DNA of 63,070 bases, filler included, from Welwitschia mirabilis (lineage: Eukaryota): NCBI GenBank assembly GCA_051453625.1. It is 6 parts of one record of this genome, joined end to end, with 100 filler letters (N's around TTAATTAATTAA, not from the genome) between each part and the next. Parts side by side here need not be neighbours in the genome. Positions count along the whole stretch, not along the records: positions 1 to 30,467 come from JBOZIK010000001.1; positions 30,568 to 34,112 come from JBOZIK010000001.1; positions 34,213 to 45,716 come from JBOZIK010000001.1; 3 more parts are not named here. One strand, 5' to 3'. Position numbers and translations under genes: made by a program. Shown here in pieces: positions 27,345 through 36,781 of the stretch (position 1 is the first letter of the stretch; each line of letters begins with the position of its first letter). The notes below the pieces were generated by a model. The model saw only the letters and a program-made list of their open reading frames with translations. It searched no databases and was not told where the DNA came from.

Positions 27345-28331
27345 ATTAAAATTAAACTTATATAGTGTAAATAAAACATGAAACTATAAGCTCCCAAGTA
27401 GTGGAAGGAGAATGAAATATCTGATCACGTGTATTTTGAAAAATGAGCCAGTGAATTATAGGCAGTGGCTTGATTAAGAGAACCAACCAAAGCCATAGTG
27501 AGAGTGAGTCTTNNNNNNNNNNTTATGAACCTGAAGCTAGGTGATCTATCCATAATGATGATGAAGCTTAGATAAAACTAAGTAGTGGTTTAAACTGACT
27601 AATGTTATAAAATCAATAGACGAGTTGTGGTTAGGAATGAAATGCCACTCAGACTTAAAGCTAGCTACTTCTCCTTGAAATGCATTAAGGTGTAGCAGTT
27701 GACTGAACTGTCTAGGGTAAAGCACTATTTCAGTATAGGCCATGTAAGTAGTAGCATATTAATGCAAACTATAAATACTAGATATAACCCCAAATAGGGG
27801 TAAGGATTAGTCAATGAAACAATGGGGGATAAGCTTTATTATCAAAAGTGGAATAGCCCAGATCACTAAATAAGACCCCTAAATAACTTCTCAGTGGTGA
27901 AGGATGTATGAGTGTAAAGATGTCTAGGAAGCTTACCTAGAATCAACCACCCTTAAAAGAGTGCATACTAGCTTTACTGATTAAGAAATCTTTTACTAAA
28001 GATGAATGGTACTAAGCAATCTTCTAAAACTATGGGATATATAAAAAACATTGATAGGAGAGCATTCTATTTCAGAGGAAAGCACCGATGCAAGCAGGTG
28101 TGGATGAAGTGAAAGTGAGAATATTAGCTTAAGTAATACAAACATTGGTGAGAATGTAATACCATGAAAACCTAAGGGCTCCTCCATAAGATTTTTCCAT
28201 AAGGGGTAAGTTAGGGCCTAAGATTAGGAAAAAAGATGTTGTCGATAAACAACAGGTTAATATTCCTATACTNNNNNNNNNNGACATAAGGTGATCTTTC
28301 CTTTTTTTAGAAGGGTAATAAGGGGTAGAGA
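27345..28331 (+). pseudogene. rrn23: NUPT: internal fragment of plastid 23S rRNA, copy 1
   Basis: Eroded conserved tracts TAAGCTCCCAAGTAGTGG, GGTGATCTATCCAT, GAAATGCCACTC, AACATTGGTGAGAAT and AAGGGGTAGAGAA occur in 23S order. Confidence 0.92.
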
Positions 28332-28566
28332 ATTTAGATCATATTAAGTATATACTTTTACTTTCATGTTTTAAAACCATAGCTTTTAAACATAAAATTA
28401 CTATACGTGTAGTTCAAAAAGAGTTCAATTTTAAAATTCATAAAGAATTCTTTCTTAAGGAAGTCAAATTTAAAAGAGATTTTCTCTATTTGCAGTTTAT
28501 CCAAAAATTCAAAAAGTGGCTCTTGAAGATCAACTTAGCTACAAAATGTTTTTGGCTTTTAAATAA
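28331..28566 (+). pseudogene. matK: NUPT: matK C-terminal (domain X) fragment; its end recurs at 29844-29883
   Basis: Open frame NLDHIKYILLLSCFKTIAFKHKITIRVVQKEF...TKCFWLLN matches the matK motifs KYILxLSCAxTLAxKHKST and xRIWxLDI. Confidence 0.85.
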
Positions 28567-28666
28567 NNNNNNNNNNNNNNNNNNNNNNNNNNNNNNNNNN
28601 NNNNNNNNNNNNNNNNNNNNNNNNNNNNNNNNNNNNNNNNNNNNNNNNNNNNNNNNNNNNNNNNNN

Positions 28667-29612
28667 TGTATTTTAAAAAATAATCCAGTGAATTATAGGC
28701 AGTGTCTTGGCTAAGAAAACCAACCAAAGTCATAGTGAGAGTAAGTCTTCATAGAACAATTATCACAATTTATGGACCTAAATCTAGGTGATCTATCCAT
28801 AATCATGATGAAGCTTAGATGAAACTAAGTAGAGTTTTAAACTCACTGATATTAAAAAATCAATAGATGAGTTATGGTTAGGGGTGAAATGCTACTCAAA
28901 ATTAAAGCGAGCTAGTTCTCCTCAAAATGCGTTAAGGCATAGCAGTTGACTGGACCGTCTAGTGTAAAGCACGATTTCGGTATAGGCCATGTAAGTAGTA
29001 GCATATTAATGCAAACTATAAATACTATATATAGCCCCAAACAAGGGTAAGGATTAGCCAATGAGACAATGGGGGATAAGCTTTATTGTCAAGAGGGGAA
29101 TAGCCCAGATCACTAGATATGACCCCTAAATGATTTCTTAGTGGTGAANNNNNNNNNNNNNNNNNNNNNNNNNNNNNNNNNNNNNNNAAGCAACCACCCT
29201 TGAAAGAGTGCATACTAGCTTACTGATCGAGAACTCTGTCACTAAAGATGAGTGGTATTAAGCAATCTTCTAAAACTATGGGATATCTAAAAAACATTGT
29301 TAGGGAAGCATTCTGTTTCAAAGGAAAGCACCGATGTAAGAAGGTATGGATGAAGTGAAATTGTGAATATCAGCTTGAGTAATATAAACATTGGTGAGAA
29401 TGCAATACCATGAAAACCTAAGGACTCCTCCATAAGATTTTTCCATAAGAGGTAAGTTATGGCTTAAGATTAGGCCAAAAGGTGTTGTCGATGGAGAATA
29501 GGTTAATATTCCTATACTATATTTTATTGGTCCCAAGGGATGGAGGAGGATGAGTTAGCCAAAAGATGGTTATCGATTCAAGGAGATAAGGTGATCTTTC
29601 CTTTTTCTAGGA
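28667..29612 (+). pseudogene. rrn23: NUPT: internal fragment of plastid 23S rRNA, copy 2
   Basis: Colinear second copy of ~27430-28310 with both shared and private substitutions. Confidence 0.92.
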
Positions 29613-29885
29613 GGGCCAAANNNNNNNNNNNNNNNNNNNNNNNNNNNNNNNNNNNNNNNNNNNNNNNNNNNNNNNNNNNNNNNNNNNNNNNNNNNNNNNN
29701 NNNNNNNNNNNNNNNNNNNNNNNNNNNNNNNNNNNNNNNNNNNNNNNNNNNNNNNNNNNNNNNNNNNNNNNNNNNNNNNNNNNNNNNNNNNNNNNNNNNN
29801 NNNNNNNNNNNNNNNNNNNNNNNNNNNNNNNNNNNNNNNNNNNAATGTTTTTGGCTTTTAAATATTTTGAAAGTTCATTTTCTCA

Positions 29886-30467
29886 TGTACTACTTTTCTA
29901 TTAATCACCCAGGAGTATTTAGACTTTCAAGGTGGTTCTTATTGATTTACACAGGATTCCATGTGCCTCATGCTACTTTGATTAGAGTGTAAGCCAATGA
30001 CCCTTTTGGCTATTGGACTCTCACCATCTAGGGTTCATGACTTGATTACTTTACCTAGTTGCATAATTCTTACTTATATTNNNNNNNNNNNNNNNNNNNN
30101 NNNNNNNNNNNNNNNNNNNNNNNNNNNNNNNNNNNNNNNNNNNNNNNNNNNNNNNNNNNNNNNNNNNNNNNNNNNNNNNNATTAACAGGATTGAAATTGA
30201 AATGTGGACTATTGCACAAATACACACCACAACAACCAATAACCCTTTTGGCTATTGGACTCTCATCATCTAGGGTTTAGGACTTGATTACTTTATCTAG
30301 TAGCACAATGCTTACTTATATTGCTCTCCCATAACCCCATTTTTCATGATTCACTTCAAAATGAATGGTTGAGACTGCTCCCATTTCACTCGCTGCTACT
30401 ACGAAAATCACTTTTGATTTCTTTTTCTCTAATTAATAAGACGTTTTAGTTCCTTAGGTTACTCCTT
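29886..30467 (-). pseudogene. rrn23: NUPT: 5' region of plastid 23S rRNA, inverted
   Basis: TCACCCAGGAGTATTTAG, GCTATTGGACTCTCACCATCTAGGGT and CCCATTTCACTCGCTGCTACTAC match the reverse complement of 23S domain I. Partly duplicated around the gap. Confidence 0.9.
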
Positions 30468-30567
30468 NNNNNNNNNNNNNNNNNNNNNNNNNNNNNNNNN
30501 NNNNNNNNNNNTTAATTAATTAANNNNNNNNNNNNNNNNNNNNNNNNNNNNNNNNNNNNNNNNNNNN
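30468..30567. other. Artificial scaffold spacer N44-TTAATTAATTAA-N44 (cores at 30512, 34157, 45761, 49891, 60662)
   Basis: An identical 12-mer with stops in all six frames sits centred in N runs five times. Confidence 0.95.
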
Positions 30568-33500
30568 TGTTTACAATGTCTGTGGCCTTCTTTATGGAGT
30601 TAGAATATACTAATACTAATGCAAAGGAGGTAATGAAGGAATTCTTTATTCCTCAACTCAATGGAGATGAAGCCACTAGTATATTACCCATGTTTAGCCT
30701 TCATTTTTAGGGTAATTACACTTATTTATTTGGTCAGAGTAGTTAAATCCATTACTTGGTGGAATGATAATTAGATGTATGAAAACTTAAATAAATGGTA
30801 CTCAGGCTCTAATTTTACCTATTTAACCTACTTTATGTAGTGATATGGTTTTCCTTTATCATGAACATTAAAGTATATTTGTAATGAACTCTAACATTTA
30901 TTTATTGAAATTCTTACATTAGTGGTGTGTTGATAAACTTTTATTAAATCATGTATATAAACTAAGGATTTTCTAAACAAATTCATGGTTATAATTATTA
31001 AGTTCTTGATAAATTATTTTTGTTTTACAATTATCTCATAAAGTCACAGATTACCTAGAAAATTAGTTCTTTATGGTTTAGAAATTTAAGGGCCTAATGA
31101 GTATGAAGATATAATGATAAATTATTCTCTTAAATTTCAGTATTTTGATAATTCTTATGGTAAAGTGACATATAAATCAGTGCTTAAGAAATCTTGTACT
31201 ATGATAAATGTGATTTCCTATAATGCCTTATTATTTTTTAAATGTTTTAAGGGCCTACTTTTAAAGATTAAAAAAAACCATTGCAATCTACAAAAATTTA
31301 AAAAATGAAGAGTCTTAATAGTCCACATAAGTGTTAATTTAGTAAATTATTTATTGTGTATTTTTATTTGGTATAAATCATTCACCCCTCTCCTATGAAT
31401 TCAATATCCTCAAGTGATGTTAGAGAGGGAATTCATGAGAAGGAGTAACATCCTTAGGAAAAATGTGTCATCCATTATTGATCAAATAAGCCATGCCTAT
31501 TGAAAGATGAGGATGTGAGTTTACTTATAATCTTTTGAGTTGTAAGTTTAGAAAAGAATTGAAGATGGATATTTAGAATATATAGAAACCATTATAGATT
31601 CCACAAGAAACTCCATCAATCAAATTAAACCTAGATGAAACTAGGAAGATAAAAAAAAGGTAGCCTCCATATATCATTTAAAGGTGAAGAACGTCTTTAC
31701 TCAGCCCTTACAATGGAGGAATTCAACCAAATATTTAGATTTAAAATAGAATAATAGAGATAGAATGTTTTAGTGAAAACATATGAATAAATCTCCATTG
31801 TCAAGTAAGCAAAGATTCTTATCTAGATTAATCAATTTGAAAACCTAAAGATGAATAATGGAGAAAGAATAATGACTATTTCATAAGAGTCTCTAACATA
31901 GTAAATTTCATACATGACATTAGTAAAAATATTCTAAAGGCTAAGATAATTCANNNNNNNACCAGATTCTTAACTCTAAAATATATGCCTAAAACAATAG
32001 TTATAAAAGAATAAAAAAAACTTCAATACAAATGAAGATTGAAGAATTACAAGGTGCTTTAATGGGTTACAAGAAGAATCTTATTTAAGATGGTGCTTTG
32101 AAGAAGAATCCTATCACTCTTAAAGCTAATGAAAACTCAAAGGCAAAATTCTAAAGGTTAAATAAAAGAAGGATCAAATGGAGATGACTCTAGAGATGAT
32201 GAAAAAGAAGAACTTCTCTCATTACAAGGTGAATCAAAAGAATTCTTTCATGAAAGAACAAAAATAAGGACAACTATAGAAAACCATTCACATTTCAAGC
32301 CAGAGGTAAGTTCAAAGGTAAATCAAATAATAGCACTTCANNNNNNNNNNNNNNNNNNNNNNNNNNNNNNNNNNNNNNNNNNNNNNNNNNNNNNNNNNNN
32401 NNNNNNNNNNNNNNNNNNNNNNNNNNNNNNNNNNNNNNNNNNNNNNNNNNNNNNNNNNNNNNNNNNNNNNNNNNNNNNNNNNNNNNNNNNNNNNNNNNNN
32501 NNNNNNNNNNNNNNNNNNNNNNNNNNNNNNNNNNNNNNNNNNNNNNNNNNNNNNNNNNNNNNNNNNATATCCAAAGTAACAATGAAGAAGAAAAAGCAGA
32601 ATCTAAATCAAAAAGCAAAGGAAAAACAAGTATGAAAGTTAAAGGCAGGTATGACTTAATTATTGAATAGTTCATCAAGTTAAAAAAGGTATGTTCTAAA
32701 ATGAAAAAATTACTTCATTTTCACGAATTATCCTATAAATACAAAAAGATTTCTTGTAATAAATTATCATTCAAAAACTCATCTCTTAAAGCTAATATTA
32801 GTAAGGTAAAATATAAACTAAAAGAATATTAAACATTAACTAGATAATAATAAAAGAATAAATGAGAAGTTTACCTAAGAAAAGAATACCTTAACCATCA
32901 TGCCTAAACAATGTAGAAGTCCAAACCATAAAAGTGGCTTAGTAATAATAAAGCCTTCACCAATACTTTACAATCATTATTTAACAAATAGAACTAAAAG
33001 CTAAGATATGAGCATATANNNNNNNNNNNNNNNNNNNNNNNNNNNNNNNNNNNNNNNNNNNNNNNNNNNNNNNNNNNNNNNNNNNNNNNNNNNNNNNNNN
33101 NNNNNNNNNNNNNNNNNNNNNNNNNNNNNNNNNNNNNNNNNNNNNNNNNNNNNNNNNNNNNNNNNNNNNNNNNNNNNNNNNNNNNNNNNNNNNNNNNNNN
33201 NNNNNNNNNNNNNNNNNNNNNNNNNNNNNNNNNNNNNNNNNNNNNNNNNNNNNNNNNNNNNNNNNNNNNNNNNNNNNNNNNNNNNNNNNNNNNNNNNNNN
33301 NNNNNNNNNNNNNNNNNNNNNNNNNNNNNNNNNNNNNNNNNNNNNNNNNNNNNNNNNNNNNNNNNNNNNNNNNNNNNNNNNNNNNNNNNNNNNNNNNNNN
33401 NNNNNNNNNNNNNNNNNNNNNNNNNNNNNNNNNNNNNNNNNNNNNNNNNNNNNNNNNNNNNNNNNNNNNNNNNNNNNNNNNNNNNNNNNNNNNNNNNNNN

Positions 33501-34112
33501 NNNNNNNNNNNNNNNNNNNNNNNNNNNNNNNNNNNNNNNNNNNNNNNNNNNNNNNNNNNNNNNNNNNNNNNNNNNNNNNNNNNNNNNNNNNNNNNNNNNN
33601 NNNNNNNNNNNNNNNNNNNNNNNNNNNNNNNNNNNNNNNNNNNNNNNNNNNNNNNNNNNNNNNNNNNNNNNNNNNNNNNNNNNNNNNNNNNNNNNNNNNN
33701 NNNNNNNNNNNNNNNNNNNNNNNNNNNNNNNNNNNNNNNNNNNNNNNNNNNNNNNNNNNNNNNNNNNNNNNNNNNNNNNNNNNNNNNNNNNNNNNNNNNN
33801 NNNNNNNNNNNNNNNNNNNNNNNNNNNNNNNNNNNNNNNNNNNTTTCTAATCATTAATTAGTTATATGATGCAAAAAATTCTATATCTTTAATCAAATTT
33901 ATTGTATTATCAAAGAGCATAACACAAACCAGGTACTATTTGCTAAAATTAGAAAATCTAATATTTACAACATGATATTACAAGATATTTCTAACAGGAG
34001 AATAGAATGTTTTTTGAGCACTAGAGGTAAAGTAAAGCTATGGCATAGATAACTTAATCATGTAAATAAGCACTTGCTAAATACTTTATCTTTAAAATAT
34101 ATAGTAAGAGGA
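30568..34112 (+). mobile_element. Third Sirevirus-type copia relic (LTR end, PBS, gag, pre-integrase)
   Basis: ATTCACCCCTCTCC at ~31380, CA at 31411-12, then PBS-like TGATGTTAGAGA. gag traces SIIDQISHAY*KMRM and MKIEELQGALMGY, and pre-integrase LWHR*LNHVN at ~34040. Confidence 0.8.
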
Positions 34113-34212
34113 NNNNNNNNNNNNNNNNNNNNNNNNNNNNNNNNNNNNNNNNNNNNTTAATTAATTAANNNNNNNNNNNNNNNNNNNNNNNNNNNNNNNN
34201 NNNNNNNNNNNN

Positions 34213-34900
34213 AGGAGTTGGGCATGCCTCACATGGAAGGTGATCCAGTACCTGCAGCATTTTCACGGCATTCTACTGTCTATCGACCATGGAGGAAGTT
34301 GCCAATACATAGGAATGTTGGCAAGGGTTCTTCTCACAACAATCCTTAGCATTTAGGACTTTGCTATATATAGTTTTATGCTTAGCTCCTTTTTTGTGTA
34401 TGATTCTAGGGTTGTGGCTTTGTGGGTTGTGTTGATTAGCACAGTCGCATCTTTTGTTTGATGTAACATTCTAAATCAAACATTAAAATTATGGATATTC
34501 TGATTATTCTCTAAATGCATTGTATTGTTCTGTTGTTGAAATGTTTCTATTTGCTTAACACATGTGTGACATGCATAATATAGTTCTAAATTAATCAATC
34601 AGAGAATACAAAAATTTTTATGATTCAACATTTGATTGCGAATTTGCTATTTTGCTTAAAAAACCCATCAAGCATGTAAACATACTGATTTAGATGTTCT
34701 TATATCATTACTGAAGGGCTAACAAGTGTTTAGTAATGTTTTACATTATTGAAATTAGAGGGGATTAATTTTTAATGTTTTTTCAAAGCCAACTTTTTGG
34801 CCTACTTTTTTGCCGACTAGTCTCCGACTCGACGACTCGACGGCTCGACTCTTTTTTTGAGATTGCCAACTTTTTGCTTTCGCCGACTATTTAATCATTG
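34213..34900 (+). mobile_element. Probable right end of a hAT-type DNA transposon
   Basis: Clustered CGACT/GCCRACT subterminal repeats at 34788-34890 end in TTTAATCATTG (TIR-like, CAATGATTAAA on minus). An open 44-codon frame ends in a stop at 34349. The left part is lost at a spacer. Confidence 0.5.
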
Positions 34901-35484
34901 CAAAACCCCTCATAGTTACACTGGCACTATCAGCATGCTTGCAAAATGAAAACATGATCACTATCGATATTTGCATTCAGAAACATCTCTAGACACATAG
35001 CATACATACCACATTGTTTACAAAACACATAAGACTAACACAAGAATAGCAATAAAAAAGATGCCTTCAAGGGACAATTTGCCTGTCATAAAGCCATCAA
35101 TTGTTATCCTTGTTCTTTTATCTGATTTGATTGTTTACTGTCACAGTTGCAAGTTGTCATCCTACAGGTTGATTATATGAAACCTTTGATTGTTTATAGA
35201 ATTATTTCATTGTGTCTGTCTTGTCTATTATCAGTTAGGATAGACGTCACCTGAGTTGAACCAAACCTTAGAATTGCTGGTATCAACCACATTTGCCATA
35301 TATTCACATTGTAAAATTTACACAAGAACAGTATTCATTTATCGATTACAAAATCCATTGATTATTGTATTTATTATTGAATTTGATCATAGCTAATAAA
35401 GTAAAATGCATTTATAATCTGGCAGTAAGAGTAAGTGAGGACTCTAGGAACCGAACCCTTAACCATTCCTTACCCTCGCAACTA

Positions 35485-35491
35485 TGTGTCT

Positions 35492-35547
<56 letters not shown>
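35485..35547. repeat. Compound (TG)n(AG)n microsatellite in intron 1
   Basis: Directly visible in the sequence. Confidence 0.97.
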
Positions 35548-35895
35548 AAGCTTCAAATCTACGATTTTGGTTATGAATTCTTTAAATCCTTGAGATTGCA
35601 TACTCTGAAAGAGCATCTTTCTGTACTCGAAGGCATGGATTCATTAACAATTTAACACCGTGATTAACCATGGTATTGCAAAACAAATCCGGAGGATGCA
35701 GATGAATACAAGAAACAAGCCCTTCATGAGAACAAAGCCAACAGCAATAAATACATTTTAAAATAACCCCATCCAATTTTTAGAAAACAAAAAGGAAGTC
35801 GAAAAAGAATAGAACACACTTTGAATTCCCAACTACATTCCGTATTAACTTAAGCTATAAAGACATTAAGATAAAAACAAATGAGAAGGAAATAC

Positions 35896-36090
35896 CTCGT
35901 AAGGGTTAGTTTTGACCAGAGGCCGTCCGAGCCGTTTAGCAATATCCTTTTTACGGTCAGCAGCCTTCTTTGCTGCGGCCCTGTTTGGATCGAGCTGTTT
36001 CAAACCAACAAACAAGACTAAACAGCTGACCGCTGCGCTTATCGCATACAGAAGTAGCTCCTGCGTAAATGTTGTTTGTTTGTGCCCCAT
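35896..36090 (-). CDS. Exon 1 (65 codons) of an Msp1/ATAD1-type membrane-anchored AAA+ ATPase (dislocase)
   Basis: MGHKQTTFTQELLLYAISAAVSCLVLFVGLKQLDPNRAAAKKAADRKKDIAKRLGRPLVKTNPYE resembles the plant Msp1 N-terminus (TM helix, LDPNR, KRLGRPLxxTNPYE). Followed by a phase-0 donor GAG|GTATTT. CpG-retaining and free of disablements. Confidence 0.9.
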
Positions 36091-36298
36091 GACTACTTCT
36101 GTTTCTGTTGTGATTTCTCAGTCAATTCGGCCTTCTCGTTGCTGAGCCAACTCTCCGCCAAATTCGTTGCTTTGCCCGTTGCAAGCTTATCTTTAGAGAA
36201 ATGAAGTGAAGGCTTATGGATCAAATGTTTTTGCACATCCAAAAAAGGTCGAAGTACATGCCTGCCATTGCCTTCAGTTTTCGTTCTCTTCTCCTCAG

Positions 36299-36306
36299 AA
36301 TATATA
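36299..36306 (-). promoter_or_regulatory. Candidate TATA box of the Msp1-like gene
   Basis: TATATATT on the minus strand ~210 bp upstream of the ATG, inside the CpG-retaining island. Confidence 0.35.
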
Positions 36307-36781
36307 CCCTCCCTCTAGTTCTTGTGGCAGCAAATGAGTCGTGCCAAACGTTTCTTGCACTCTGAAATAACATCTTCCTTAAAATACATAAAAAGATCCA
36401 AAAAGTGAGAAGAGGGTATTAATCCATTAGCTGTAAATAAATGGAATTAAGGCTTTAGAGTGTATTTATTTTTTATTTTAAGTTATATGATATTAAAAGT
36501 TGGTGCACTATAAAACAAAATTGTTTAAGTGGTTTCAAGGAGGGTCATACAAGTGAAAGAGGATTGTGTAGGCTCTTATGGTGTAACATGTTGACGCTTT
36601 CTTTATGCATGCTAGTTTCAAAGCCAATGTCATGCTCTTCTCATTTCATTATCTCCTTTGAAGGGCATTTTGGAGCTACAGGATTCCCCCAAGAGCTACT
36701 CAACACTATTCTTTTGATCTCTTATGGCTTATTCAAGTATAGTATAGGGCTTCACCTTTGTCATCTCCATTTCAAAATAAT

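Noticed and set aside
27163..30467. Functional rRNA operon, bacterial contamination or horizontal transfer
   Set aside because: The pieces are fragmentary, rearranged and plastid-type, joined to rbcL and matK, and carry the nuclear deamination signature.
2546..33854. Long ORFs made mainly of X
   Set aside because: They are artefacts of translating N gaps.
35365..35655. 96-aa ORF with CVCVCV/ERERER
   Set aside because: It is a translation of the intronic microsatellite.
35912..36145. 77-aa plus-strand ORF
   Set aside because: It is the antisense shadow of the Msp1-like exon.
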